Below the pieces are notes generated by a model that saw nothing but the letters and a program-made list of their open reading frames with translations, was not told the origin of the DNA and ran no database searches. From positions 1-32,041 of the forward strand of contig JBIOZG010000021.1 of the NCBI GenBank assembly GCA_044870765.1: a stretch of 32,041 nucleotides of DNA, in the 5' to 3' direction. The position numbers and the translations under genes were made by a program. This document shows positions 16,549 to 26,918 of the stretch, one piece after another; position 1 is the first letter of the stretch, and each line of letters opens with the position of its first letter. The DNA comes from Nitrososphaeraceae archaeon. GTDB lineage: Archaea; Thermoproteota; Nitrososphaeria; Nitrososphaerales; Nitrososphaeraceae.

Positions 16549-17856
16549 CTATTCTGGCATTATTCGAAATATTTTGCCCTGACCTATAGATACCACGTAT
16601 AGGTAACCATCTGGGCCTACTGTAAGGTCTGTGACTCCGCCAAATCCGTCGCCGAATATTACATCCTCAGCCCCGACGTTGATGGGGTTCTGAATATATC
16701 TCTGTGCAAGGCCTCGGGGGAGCAAAAGGTCATTCCTTTCTTGGTTCAACTTGAAATGATATATATGACCATTATGAACGCTGCCCACGAATATATCGTT
16801 TCTATATTGGCTCCCCAATTTATCAGAGTATAAAAATATGATTGCGGTCAGTCCTGCGCTCTTGGTCCATACTAACTTGGGTTCTCCATAATGTCCTCTG
16901 TTATCAAAAGTTATGAGTTCGTCGGTGTCAAAACTTTTCTGGGATGAAGAAAATCCATAGATTTTATTCCATCCACTATTGAATCCTGGTTCAACAAGAT
17001 TTATTTCATCGCCATCTTGTGGCCCGTTCTCCGTGTCCCATAAGAATCCTGTTATGGGATCGAAATTTAATCCAAAACTATTCCTTATGCCATACGCATA
17101 ATACAATCGTAAAGGCATAGAATCGGAGAGTATGCCTTCATCTACAATTTTCCCATCTTGCGTTAACCTTAAAATTCCACTGCGTCCGTCCGCAACTTTT
17201 CCACGGTCAAAATTTTGCGTCTGTGTTGCTTCAAAATCTATTTTAAATGAACCATCCACATCTCCGACTGGAATGTATATGTTCTGGTCAGGGCCGATTT
17301 CTATTGCACCACCGTTATGTCTCGGTCCGGGGTAAGCTGGTAAGTTCAAAAGAAGTTTTGGATTTACAAGCTTATTATCAACAAATTCGTACCTGTAGAG
17401 GCGGTTTCCAATTGGCGCTGTTCCCTTTCGATCATCCCCATCTTTTCCATCAATTTCAGTAAAGTATAGGAAAACATATGTCTTGAGACCGTTTTTAGAA
17501 ATTGCAATCCCACACATTCCTCTTTCAACAGAGTTCGCAACATTGACATCAAGAATTGGCTCGTCTAAAATTTTTCCGTTTAACACGCGCATTACGGTGC
17601 CCTTATCTTTCTCCAAAACTAGAAAATCGTCAGGACCAAGGAAGGCCATAGTCGTAGGAGTTTCTAACCCATTTACCACCTGTTCAACTTTGAGTCTAGA
17701 ATCAAAAACATGCGGATCGTCTGGACTTAAGCTAAACGGTCGTTCTCGTAATATTATTTGACCGTATGTCTGAGAAAAATAAAAAGTGATAGTGACGATT
17801 ATGATAACCGCAATAATGAGAGAAATATACTTCCCCGTCGCCAAACGACAATACAA
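16549..17856 (-). CDS. PQQ-dependent sugar dehydrogenase (glucose/sorbosone dehydrogenase family)
   Basis: ERGMCGIA, HNGGAIEIGPD, YAYGIRNSFGLNFDP, DEINLVEPGFNSGW and GPDGYLYV motifs; N-terminal TM helix. Confidence 0.93.
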   Translation of the reverse strand: MYCRLATGKYISLIIAVIIIVTITFYFSQTYGQIILRERPFSLSPDDPHVFDSRLKVEQVVNGLETPTTMAFLGPDDFLVLEKDKGTVMRVLNGKILDEPILDVNVANSVERGMCGIAISKNGLKTYVFLYFTEIDGKDGDDRKGTAPIGNRLYRYEFVDNKLVNPKLLLNLPAYPGPRHNGGAIEIGPDQNIYIPVGDVDGSFKIDFEATQTQNFDRGKVADGRSGILRLTQDGKIVDEGILSDSMPLRLYYAYGIRNSFGLNFDPITGFLWDTENGPQDGDEINLVEPGFNSGWNKIYGFSSSQKSFDTDELITFDNRGHYGEPKLVWTKSAGLTAIIFLYSDKLGSQYRNDIFVGSVHNGHIYHFKLNQERNDLLLPRGLAQRYIQNPINVGAEDVIFGDGFGGVTDLTVGPDGYLYVVSIGQGKIFRIMPE

Positions 17857-18134
17857 ATTTGAATTTCGATTTCAGAGCATGAAAAGACCAATATTAATTT
17901 TCGTTAGTAGAAATGCCTACCCAGTACTGCAATCGAAGATGCGCAGTTTGCTAAAGATATTATTTATATCCGGACTACAGTTAATCTAGGAACCTCTTGT
18001 GAGCTATATGATAAGGTGAAAAGTAGGTTGGTCGCCGCTTCCTTTGCTTCTTGACTTTTAAAGTATTAAAAGAACATTGTTCTGAATGGGGACACCAACT
18101 AAATTATATACTCGAATTTTGTGAAAGAGGGGCA

Positions 18135-18923
18135 ATGACCAACCATACCAAAATCAAATTATCAGGTTCGCTGCTTTTCATAACGATAGTTTTCATGATT
18201 TTCTCTTTGAGCTTTATCAATTCAAATCATGTATCTGCCGCAGGAGAGTTTTCAGTGGAGGCTAAAATAAATCTAAAAAAATTAAATCATCCCGATAAAC
18301 TGAAGGTTGTTGCCTCGGCTAATGGTGATACCGAAACAAAATATCTAACAGGTAACGATCTAGATTCAAATACTGCTATCGTTTCATTTGAATTCAACCA
18401 GAAGAATGACATTGTTACTGTCGGTAGTAGGGATGAGTATTTGGTTTGTGCATACGCCATTGATGCTGTAACAGCTCAGATGGAATCCTATTCTTGTGCT
18501 GAGGGTAATATCGAGCATCTAAATGGAAAAAACACAATAAGCTTGGGTTCTGGGAGTGCAAAGACCTTGTCCACTGGGTCGTTCCAAACTGTTAGTGGGG
18601 GTGAAATAAAGAATCCGACTATTAGAGTCTGGATACCGCTTTCCGATAGAAAGGATGTAAAGGATCTAAAAGTGGTTGCCATGATTAAAGGTGAATTCGC
18701 ATCAAAGACAATAGATGCACATAAGTTACTCAAAGAATCTGACGACAATACACTAATCATTCCACTAGTATTTGATAAGACTCCTGAAATTGGCGCCATT
18801 CAGAAGGGGGATTTAATATTTGCTTGCGTATCTGCCGATGAGTTAAATCCGCCTGAAGGAACAGAATGTGAGCACAGAGTAACATCACATACTGGTCACA
18901 TCCATAACTTAGTTGCAAGATGA
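18135..18923 (+). CDS. Secreted protein with two internally duplicated beta domains
   Basis: Signal peptide from ATG 18135 (ending VSA-A); LKVVASANG...DEYLVC and LKVVAMIKG...DLIFAC repeats. Confidence 0.8.
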   Translation: MTNHTKIKLSGSLLFITIVFMIFSLSFINSNHVSAAGEFSVEAKINLKKLNHPDKLKVVASANGDTETKYLTGNDLDSNTAIVSFEFNQKNDIVTVGSRDEYLVCAYAIDAVTAQMESYSCAEGNIEHLNGKNTISLGSGSAKTLSTGSFQTVSGGEIKNPTIRVWIPLSDRKDVKDLKVVAMIKGEFASKTIDAHKLLKESDDNTLIIPLVFDKTPEIGAIQKGDLIFACVSADELNPPEGTECEHRVTSHTGHIHNLVAR

Positions 18924-19059
18924 AAATAAATTAGCCCGAGCCAAAATTAATCCAAAAAATAATTGCAAAGCTTAATTTTATTTCTTGACTTGTTTAATGC
19001 AAGAGAATTAAATTATTAGATCAAAAAAGTCAAATGTGATAATAATGTATCTATATATC

Positions 19060-19338
19060 ATGAAAATAGAATTCAATTGTTTTGGGTCAAGTACATGTAT
19101 GAGCATTGTTTTCCTGGTTTTCGTTTTCTCATATTTTTCTTTTTTTCCCTACTCTTTTGCCCAATTTCAAGCAAATATTAGTTCAAACTGTGAAAACGGA
19201 AATTGCACCACAACTATTTGTATCGATGATAATCCTTGCAAAACAACCAATTCAAATTCCACAAATATGACATCAATGAATGATTTATTACAAAATAAAA
19301 CTAATCCAAATCCTAATTTGCCTGGAGAGATTGTTTAA
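19060..19338 (+). CDS. Small secreted Cys-rich protein
   Basis: Signal peptide ending SFA-Q; CENGNCTTTICIDDNPC; exact start uncertain. Confidence 0.7.
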   Translation: MKIEFNCFGSSTCMSIVFLVFVFSYFSFFPYSFAQFQANISSNCENGNCTTTICIDDNPCKTTNSNSTNMTSMNDLLQNKTNPNPNLPGEIV

Positions 19339-19853
19339 TATCAGAATTGCATCTTCAGTTAAGGACGAATTCTAATTTTACTTCAATTCTTTACCAGATT
19401 TAGAACTTAGAAGTAATTGATTCTCTAGATGGATCGCATCAATTAAAATACTAAAAACATGTGACGATATATTAGATCACTCTAATTAGATATGAAAAGA
19501 AAAATAATTAAAATTCAAATGATATCGCCAATAGTAAATTACGCATAAATCAATTTCTGGAATTATAAAGGCATTGGGAACCGGTGTGATTACCGGCGTT
19601 CAGACGATATTCAAATGTGAAAGGTTGATCACATTTGGAATGATGATCATCTCTGGAATTGTAGTGTTGCTGTAGTTAAGACCATATATCTAAATGTATC
19701 ACTGGCAATGCTTGTTTATTTGTAAAACTGAAATTGAAGGAAAAGATCATGTATTGAACTATAGCCGTTATTAAAATAAAGCCTAAATCCTTATGACTTT
19801 TTTTTATTTTTTAATTCTCATAAATTTATTTTAGAGTTAGTAACGAGAAACGA

Positions 19854-20309
19854 TCATTTGGCTACTAATACAGGACAATGGGCGTACGTTACCACACCAC
19901 CGGCTACGCTTCCTACGAGCATTTTTTTAATTCCAGAAAGACCCCTACTGCCAACGACAATCATGTCTACTTTGTTCTTGTCGGCGTATTCCACAATCTC
20001 CTTTACGACTGATGAGATGCCCATAATAACATCTGTTTTTACCTTTACACCTTTTTCTTTTGACTTCTGCTTTACCTTATCCACATGAGTCTCTCCTCTT
20101 TGCGTTGCAACCATCATGACATTCTTTAGAGCCCGGGGTAATCTGGGCGTTATTGTGTCTTCAAGATAATTATACCTGATATCCGGCGATATAACATATA
20201 TCGCGATTAATTCTGCATCAAGTCTTTTGGCTATGTCTATTGCCTGGGAGCTCGCATTAAGAGAGGGCTTGGAACCATCGACTGCTACCAGTATCCTTCG
20301 AATTGTCAA
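19854..20309 (-). CDS. uspA: Universal stress protein
   Basis: ILVAVDGS, DMIVVGSRGLSG...GSV and HCPVLV motifs. Confidence 0.95.
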   Translation of the reverse strand: MTIRRILVAVDGSKPSLNASSQAIDIAKRLDAELIAIYVISPDIRYNYLEDTITPRLPRALKNVMMVATQRGETHVDKVKQKSKEKGVKVKTDVIMGISSVVKEIVEYADKNKVDMIVVGSRGLSGIKKMLVGSVAGGVVTYAHCPVLVAK

Positions 20310-20468
20310 CTTGTCAACTAGTTTGAGTTGGGATTTATTATTATATAGGTATTTAGTAGTATGGACTGCTTGTGCAAGAAATTTAATAAAGTGCGAGGCA
20401 GATCAACACGTGACGTCAAAAACTAAAGTATATAATTTAGAGAGCAAATTGATGTGCATAGAAACAAA

Positions 20469-20645
20469 ATGAAAGATGACCTGCTTATTTTTGTTATTAT
20501 CGCTGTAGTAACAACATTGGCTGTCATAATGTTCATTCTTTATGCTAATGCTCCAGTATATCCTACTCAATCTATTAACTTTAATCTTAATTCCAATATA
20601 AAGAACGAATTTATTAATGGTTACACCTTAGTCTTTATGAAATAA
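20469..20645 (+). CDS. Small single-TM protein
   Basis: MKDDLLIFVIIAVVTTLAVIMFILYA hydrophobic helix. Confidence 0.5.
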   Translation: MKDDLLIFVIIAVVTTLAVIMFILYANAPVYPTQSINFNLNSNIKNEFINGYTLVFMK

Positions 20646-20836
20646 AAAATGCAATTAAAAGAAACAGCATTCAGTTATTCACATAGTTAGCAGAGTTGCG
20701 TAATCAGAAAAAACTTTATTTTCCATTCCTTATTCAATTTTTAATATTGAAAACAAATTGAAATGTAGTCACAAGCCACCTGATTGAGACATAGATAAAT
20801 TATTTGTTGGACTAATTCTAAAGAGGGGGAACTGAT

Positions 20837-21187
20837 TTACATAATAAAAAAAAACAAAGACAACGATTTTTTAAAATTCGCGTAGTATTAGCCCTCGGAC
20901 TGTCACTTGTAGCTGACCTTCTTGATTATGTGGCAGCACCAATATTTGGAGTACCAATAATAGGTGACGTATTTGATGTTATTGTATCGGGCTTGTTGTT
21001 TTCGATAACTAGAAGTAAAGTCTTACTTATAATGAATCTAGCCGAGTTTATTCCATTTCTTGGTGACTTTCTACCAGTGTATACTATTTCTACCTTAATG
21101 TGGATACTTAGAGAGCAGGAAGAAGAAAATAAACTCGATCTACTGAAACGCGTCGCAAGGTTACTTTCAAATAAAAGTACAAGATAA
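20837..21187 (+). CDS. Small multi-TM membrane protein; start uncertain
   Basis: Frame open from 20822: ...KIRVVLALGLSLVADLLDYVAAPIFGVPIIGDVFD...AEFIPFLGDFLPVYT; first canonical start is GTG 20930, inside the hydrophobic region. Confidence 0.65.
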   Translation, partial: LHNKKKQRQRFFKIRVVLALGLSLVADLLDYVAAPIFGVPIIGDVFDVIVSGLLFSITRSKVLLIMNLAEFIPFLGDFLPVYTISTLMWILREQEEENKLDLLKRVARLLSNKSTR

Positions 21188-21490
21188 TTAAATTGAACAC
21201 AGGAAAAATTTTATATGTTGCCAGTAGAAATTAATTTAAACAATAATTCGATACATTGCACACTATACTAACTTACAGTAAACGATCTGTACGAATTCCA
21301 TACGAATTCCACCGTGCTTAATGGAATTGTGACGATTAGAAAAAGGCTTCCGTGTCACACCAGGCCAAAAAATTAATCGAATTCTTTTATTTAATGATTG
21401 AAGTGTTCTTACATCCGAAAATAAATTATGATCAGAAGACACGTCTTATATGAAATTAATTTCATCTCTTCCAATTGGTCTTTTAAATTG

Positions 21491-21558
21491 GACAACTGAT
21501 GGGATTTTGGGCCGATTGAGTGATGAACAAGAAACAATCAAGCACCCCATCAGTTGTT
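21491..21558 (-). ncRNA. Candidate structured ncRNA, hairpin family copy B
   Basis: Perfect 12-bp stem acaactgatggg (21492-21503) / cccatcagttgt (21546-21557); gattg/caatc upper stem; TTTATA on the minus strand at about 21593-21598. Confidence 0.55.
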
Positions 21559-21740
21559 TCTGGTTGCGTTAAAAAGTTGTTCGCAAACAAAGTATAAAAA
21601 TACTGTAGTTACAATCTTCTATAAGATTCATTTCAGGGACTTTTTATCTACCTATCGGCCATTGCTATCTAACACATTATAACACTATATCGTACTTTGT
21701 AATGCCACCTTTCTTATAATATCAGTGGTACCCACAATTA

Positions 21741-21914
21741 ATGAAAAGTGGTAGATTCTGTGATCTATGTAGGAAAGAAATCCCGAACAGTGATGTGATA
21801 CCCATGGAAATACAAGGAGAAAACTACATTTTTGATAGCTATGATTGTGTCAGGATATTTCACAAATTAAATGCGGTGTACGGCAATATACTTGTTGGAG
21901 AAACATCACATTGA
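21741..21914 (+). CDS. 57-aa TRASH/YHS-like metal-binding protein
   Basis: Hand translation MKSGRFCDLCRKEIPNSDVIPMEIQGENYIFDSYDCVRIFHKLNAVYGNILVGETSH; CxxC...G..Y.FDS..C; TTATAA upstream. Confidence 0.82.
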   Translation: MKSGRFCDLCRKEIPNSDVIPMEIQGENYIFDSYDCVRIFHKLNAVYGNILVGETSH

Positions 21915-21964
21915 TAGTATCATCAGGTTCTACCATTAGTAACAACAACTTACACGGCGCTCAT

Positions 21965-22477
21965 TTGAACGGAGTTAAAGATCTCGTATTCTCATTACCG
22001 ATTTTCGTGTTTTCGTTGATATTAGTTGCAAGCCATCCCGCATTTGCAGCTTCGGCGCTTGACCCATCAGATTCTATTCTAGCAAAGTGGTATGACAAGG
22101 CGCTTTCTGTAAACCAGAACAATCTTCCAGCGTTAGTAGAAAAAGGGACTGACCTTGTCACTCAAGGGGATGGAGAACAAGCCATAACATGGCTTGATAA
22201 AGCACTGAATATAGATCCAAGCAATTTAATGGCATTAGTGAGCAAAGGTTCTGCCCTTCGAGACATGGGTAAATATCAGGAGGCAATTGTAGTGTACGAC
22301 AGAGTGCTAACGATCGACCCAAGTGATGTCTACGCAATAGGCGGCAAAGCAGATTCTCTATATGGTTCTGGACAACATGAACAAGCCGTTGTCTTGATAG
22401 ATAAGGCTCTGGAACTAAATCCAAGCGACGGTAAGATACAGCAGGTTAAAGAGTCATTTCAGCAACCTATAAACTAG
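21965..22477 (+). CDS. Secreted tetratricopeptide-repeat protein
   Basis: TTG start gives a signal peptide ending AFA-A; 3-4 TPRs (WYDKAL, ALVSKG, YDRVLTIDP). Confidence 0.88.
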   Translation: MNGVKDLVFSLPIFVFSLILVASHPAFAASALDPSDSILAKWYDKALSVNQNNLPALVEKGTDLVTQGDGEQAITWLDKALNIDPSNLMALVSKGSALRDMGKYQEAIVVYDRVLTIDPSDVYAIGGKADSLYGSGQHEQAVVLIDKALELNPSDGKIQQVKESFQQPIN

Positions 22478-22564
22478 TTCAGCAAACAATTTTTTCACCC
22501 CGCCACTCGTAGTCTACTACCGGTTTACCTAACATAATATTCGTGATTAAAAATAAGAATCAAA

Positions 22565-22594
22565 CACGCACATTTCTGACACGCACATTTCTGA
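22565..22594 (+). repeat. Perfect 15-bp tandem duplication
   Basis: cacgcacatttctga twice. Confidence 0.9.
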
Positions 22595-22602
22595 AGCTGC
22601 TT

Positions 22603-23337
22603 TTACGGCAAGCTTCCGAAAAACCTAGTTGGATCACGATCAAACGTCCTATCCTCAGGTCTTTCTTGGCCTTTAGCATCCCTTATCGGCCGTCTGCGAT
22701 GAGGTTTTCTCATCGAGTTAATTTCAACTGACGATGCGAATGTTTCTTCAGATGAATTTTCAAAGCCCTCTCTGATAGCATCGAAAATTTCTAACAATTT
22801 ACGATTCTCCCTAGTCAATTCTAAATTCTCTTTCTCTACCATATCTAACTTCCTTAATGGTAATAGTTTTCTAAGTAGGGATTCATATTCGAGGTTCATG
22901 TGCTTGAACGTACGATATTGGCTTAATGCCCAAATTGCTTCCTCGGCTGAGATATCTTCTATTTTCATCTCTCTATACAATGTCAACAAAGACGGCAGGT
23001 CCCCTCCAGCTGTCCGATAGAGCCTTAGCAGATCATCGTCATCATTCAGAATCAAATATTCCTTTCGATATTCTAGCATCTCCTTCGCAGACAAGTCCAA
23101 TTCCATGGCAATATCCACATCCGTTTTACCTTCCCGGATTAGCTTCAGCGCCTGACTTCGTTTGCTTGGTCTGCCAGTGTCCTCATCATCAACATTAAAA
23201 TATTTTCGTCTGATTTTTTTTATTTGAGTAAAATTTAGGTGCTCAATAGATGCTATTTCTCTGACACCTTTTCCTTGTCTAATCATTTCACAAACCCTCT
23301 TCTCTTTTTCCTCCCTGCCTGACGGAAATTTCTCCAT
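22603..23337 (-). CDS. Protein with two HTH-like motifs and a coiled coil
   Basis: QGKGVREIASIEHLNFTQIKKI and RSQALKLIREGKTDVDIAMELDLS; Leu/Glu heptads downstream. Confidence 0.75.
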   Translation of the reverse strand: MEKFPSGREEKEKRVCEMIRQGKGVREIASIEHLNFTQIKKIRRKYFNVDDEDTGRPSKRSQALKLIREGKTDVDIAMELDLSAKEMLEYRKEYLILNDDDDLLRLYRTAGGDLPSLLTLYREMKIEDISAEEAIWALSQYRTFKHMNLEYESLLRKLLPLRKLDMVEKENLELTRENRKLLEIFDAIREGFENSSEETFASSVEINSMRKPHRRRPIRDAKGQERPEDRTFDRDPTRFFGSLP

Positions 23338-23645
23338 GCAACAATACCGTGATACAGACTCATAGGTTTTGCTACTCTCTTGTTCTCTCTTGCTACTATC
23401 TAGTGCTGTTTGTTATCTCTTGCTACTTGACTGTTATTGTTGATACCACCTAGCTACCAAATTATTCGAGGATTATCTGTCTAAAGATTTATAATTGAAC
23501 CACATGTAATTTTGACAGAAAAACTTTCGATAATTTTTGATTAAAAAAATCTCCTAATTTTCAGGAACTATTAAACTAATTTTGGGAGTTTAGACAAATC
23601 TAAAAAGAACTCTAGCTCTATAACGCACCAAATCTTTCAAAATCA

Positions 23646-24380
23646 TTAGGCAAGTTTAGAATATTTCATTTTAACATTTACTAACCAGTATACATCACTG
23701 CAAGTTTTCGATAACTTTGCTATTCTTATTGCATCTCTAACATCTTTTGAGTTCAAGCGATTCCAAACATTGTTTGCTATTTTTTCGGATATATCGTCAT
23801 CCATACCGTATTTTTTTCTTAGAATGTTTCTGACAATATCCTCAAATTCTTCATAAGAATATTCCTTCAAGTGTAACTCCAGAAATCTGGATCTTAATGC
23901 CTTAGACAACTTGTCAACATTATTACTTGTGGCGAAGATCCATAGTTTCATCTTTTTTTGTCTAGTCTTTCCATTTAGTTTAGTTTCAGAAATAATTCCA
24001 GTTTCCATGACATTGAGTAAAGCTGCTTGGTCCTTTGCCTTCATTTTATCAATCTCGTCTATTAACAAATATTTCGTATCATGACCGAACAAGTAGTCAA
24101 TCATTCCTGCTGATGTAGCGCCAGTTGCATCCACAAAATAAGCATTGCTCAAGGCGTCTCGCATTTCCAAAACAAACACAGTCTTAGATGAGGATGGCGG
24201 CCCGGTCAATAATACATTTACCGGTTCTTTTGATACTACAGATTTCAATAATAATTTCTTTATATCTGAATGCCCAACAATATTGGAGAAAAATTTATCC
24301 TCATATGTAAGAGGGTGTTCTCGACCATCAAATACTGATATTTTCCTGAATAAGTTCTTGAACACGAAGGACTCGTACAT
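23646..24380 (-). CDS. Stand-alone AAA+ ATPase (AAA_5 / MCM-ATPase-like)
   Basis: Walker A LTGPPSSSKT, Walker B LLIDEIDK, ALLNVMETG, sensor ATSN, Arg finger LRSRF. Confidence 0.9.
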   Translation of the reverse strand: MYESFVFKNLFRKISVFDGREHPLTYEDKFFSNIVGHSDIKKLLLKSVVSKEPVNVLLTGPPSSSKTVFVLEMRDALSNAYFVDATGATSAGMIDYLFGHDTKYLLIDEIDKMKAKDQAALLNVMETGIISETKLNGKTRQKKMKLWIFATSNNVDKLSKALRSRFLELHLKEYSYEEFEDIVRNILRKKYGMDDDISEKIANNVWNRLNSKDVRDAIRIAKLSKTCSDVYWLVNVKMKYSKLA

Positions 24381-24583
24381 CGTGACAGTAAGATAATAAT
24401 AAATTGTGTGGAATTACCTTCTATGGCTACACGACTAGGTAGCAATGTTTCAAGATAGAAATAAGTTTCTTTTTTTATGGCAGTGTTCTGATATGTAGAA
24501 TCAATACAGTATTCGTTGTCATTACTTCCGGTTAGTTAGCCCACGTATATATTGAAATTACCCAGAACTGAAATAATCGAATA

Positions 24584-24838
24584 CTATAATATGTGTTCTA
24601 TAGCCTTCTGAACGTCTCCTGCATCTATAACATCTCCGTCAATCATTGCTTCTAGCAATCTTAATACGATGAGTTCTCCGGTAGCTCCAGCAATCGTTTG
24701 TGGAACAACTACACAGACATCATCTACAATCACCGTAACTTCATCGTCGGCTCCGCCACTCCAATCTTTTGGGATACGTATGTAGAAATTCTCAGAGTCC
24801 GCATTCTCATGTGGGTTCTGATATAAAATTTTAACCAA
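24584..24838 (-). CDS. Small hypothetical protein, weakly AbrB-like
   Basis: FYIRIPKDW...DEVTVIVD resembles a swapped-hairpin motif. Confidence 0.55.
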   Translation of the reverse strand: MVKILYQNPHENADSENFYIRIPKDWSGGADDEVTVIVDDVCVVVPQTIAGATGELIVLRLLEAMIDGDVIDAGDVQKAIEHIL

Positions 24839-25102
24839 TACGAATTTCTCTTAGTTGTAACTTAAATCCTTAGCTCCAGGAAATCATTTGTCAAAATGCT
24901 TATTTTTTAAGAACGTCTTGCGACATCTCAGCGTCTAAGTTAAGGAATGTCTTGGTAGCAAATGGTACGGCTTTCAGTTGAGTTTGAAGATTACAAACTA
25001 AAACGTTGCCATTACTTTCCAAAATATCTGTTTTAACAAAAGTGATCATATCAGAATTTACATAGGCTTTTATAATACTTGTTTACAAAGTTTTTTTGCA
25101 CG

Positions 25103-25258
25103 ATGAAACTTAAACATCAACGGAGAGTTGGCGAATTAATTACTATATGCTGCGGTATTGGAGTGGCCGTTGCAGGATTATTTGTCAGCGTACCCCCAGT
25201 GACCTATGGTGGTCTGTGTATAATGGGTCTGGGCGTGATTTCTGTGTTTTGGAGATAA
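25103..25258 (+). CDS. 51-aa two-TM membrane microprotein
   Basis: Hand translation MKLKHQRRVGELITICCGIGVAVAGLFVSVPPVTYGGLCIMGLGVISVFWR; TTTATAA about 28 nt upstream. Confidence 0.8.
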   Translation: MKLKHQRRVGELITICCGIGVAVAGLFVSVPPVTYGGLCIMGLGVISVFWR

Positions 25259-25356
25259 CATCTTCCTAGAATTTGCAGTCGTCAGTCTTTAATTGAATGT
25301 TATATTATTACATTGAGGGTGAGGATTATTTTTACCGCACAATGAGAAATTCCTTT

Positions 25357-26643
25357 TTAATTCTCTGCCGATGTTAAGGAATACTTTGTATTTGTTAACT
25401 CTACCAAATTTTCTTCGATCTTTTGTTTCAGAGTCTTTGATGCGGTATCAAGCTCAGCGATAATATTCTTTGTTTCCTCCGTTCTTGCAATATTTTCAGA
25501 ACGATTTTTTTCGTTTATTTCGATGTTATTTTTTATATCTTCTATATGTGTCACGTTAGTTGAGTCAACTGACGATTCTAATTGAATAAGTTGTTCATTT
25601 AGGTTTTTTAACTTTGAAGACAATGCAGGTAGAGAATTTACAATTTCATCTATTTGATGAATTGTTTTTTCCGGATCCTTAACTTGAATACTTTTATTGT
25701 CCACTTGTTTCCTAAGTTCGCTAAATAGTTGCAAGTATTGAGAATTATCCTTGAAAATTTCTAGAGGCTGATTTAATATTGTGGCAAGTCTTCCTTGCGT
25801 CTCCTTCGAGGCTTGATAAGAAAATTTGGTTATTGGTCGTGAAAGAATAGATACCTTATTTATCATGCTCTTCTCAAACGTCACGATTTCCTTTTTCTTA
25901 TCGTCAATTATTGCTAAAGTTTTTGATGTGTTTAGAAATTCTTCTGATTTTCTGAGATCTTCGTATTGTCTTTTTCCTTCTTCAATATTTTTATCAACGG
26001 TTTGTGTTTCTTTAATTAGTTCTGCAAGTCTAATCTCCTTGGCTCTTGTTTCATTCATTTTTTCATCTAATAAAATCAAATCCGCCTTACATTGTATGCA
26101 CGAATTTATTTGATTTTCCTTGGTAGATATTATTTTAGTAACTGTTTTTAGTAACGATGAAAGATTATCGAATTCACTTTTTAATTTGTTTATCTGTTTC
26201 CTCATGAATTCGTTGAGGATCCTATTATGTGAATCTCCAACTTGGCCAAATCTATTTATTAGTAGTTCCAAGTTATTTTTGAACTTTATCGCATCTTCAT
26301 AACTCTTTATTTGGTAAGATTCTATGAGGGATTCCTTTTTAATACTGGTAATCAATATTTTTTTTGAAGTATTAATTAACGATTCAAACTGAGGACTTTC
26401 TGCTTTTATTTCTTGTTCTTCAAGTTCATCAGCGTTGTTTCTAAGACGATTTAGGCAATCTAAAACCAAGTTCCTCGTAGGTTCGAGATTATCTATCAAG
26501 TCCTTTTCAAGTACTTTTTTTTCGTTTTCTACTATTTCCAATAATTCTTTATTTGAAACGGAGTGAACAGAGTCATCTTGACTTTCTTTGTGATGAAAAT
26601 AGTCAGGTGTCTTCCTCTTAAAAAAGCCAAATCTGGGAGACAA
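25357..26643 (-). CDS. Long coiled-coil protein
   Basis: 428-aa K/E/L/N-rich ORF with central LSRPITKFSY motif; no Walker motifs seen. Confidence 0.85.
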   Translation of the reverse strand: MSPRFGFFKRKTPDYFHHKESQDDSVHSVSNKELLEIVENEKKVLEKDLIDNLEPTRNLVLDCLNRLRNNADELEEQEIKAESPQFESLINTSKKILITSIKKESLIESYQIKSYEDAIKFKNNLELLINRFGQVGDSHNRILNEFMRKQINKLKSEFDNLSSLLKTVTKIISTKENQINSCIQCKADLILLDEKMNETRAKEIRLAELIKETQTVDKNIEEGKRQYEDLRKSEEFLNTSKTLAIIDDKKKEIVTFEKSMINKVSILSRPITKFSYQASKETQGRLATILNQPLEIFKDNSQYLQLFSELRKQVDNKSIQVKDPEKTIHQIDEIVNSLPALSSKLKNLNEQLIQLESSVDSTNVTHIEDIKNNIEINEKNRSENIARTEETKNIIAELDTASKTLKQKIEENLVELTNTKYSLTSAEN

Positions 26644-26918
26644 TAGATTATTTTAATATTAAACTACTAAAAAACCTAACACAAATTTCTGACGCCTTGC
26701 ATATAATTATGTAGCCGGCCGTTTGCACAGTTAATACTTGTATTTTAAATTCCAAGAGAAATTCGTTCAATGACTGAAAATGCATGGCCTCTGCACTTTA
26801 AATTCAATGGGAGTGTAAAGTCCATGACTTTGAATTCTGACGACGGTTCTGTAGTTAGATTCCAAAGTTTTTATTAACAAGTAGCCTGCTAATATCTTGA
26901 AGATTGTATCATTTGAAA

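Noticed and set aside
19571-19711. Nested hairpins (ccggt/accgg, caaatgtga/tcacatttg, gcattg/caatgc) as an ncRNA
   Set aside because: Equally explained as a transporter pseudogene remnant; cannot be decided from sequence alone
21514-21560. GTGATGA in hairpin copies B and C as a box C or K-loop (C/D or H/ACA guide RNA)
   Set aside because: Motif is missing from copy A, lies on the strand disfavoured by G-U pairing, and has no properly placed D box or ACA tail
21523-21597. Micro-ORFs starting ATG AAC AAG within each hairpin copy
   Set aside because: Peptides diverge in sequence and frame after a few codons, so conservation is not at protein level
5480-22500. Integron-like cassette array with the hairpins acting as attC sites
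   Set aside because: Genes are in mixed orientation, hairpins do not follow each gene, AAC/GTT ends are not conserved, and no integrase is in the window
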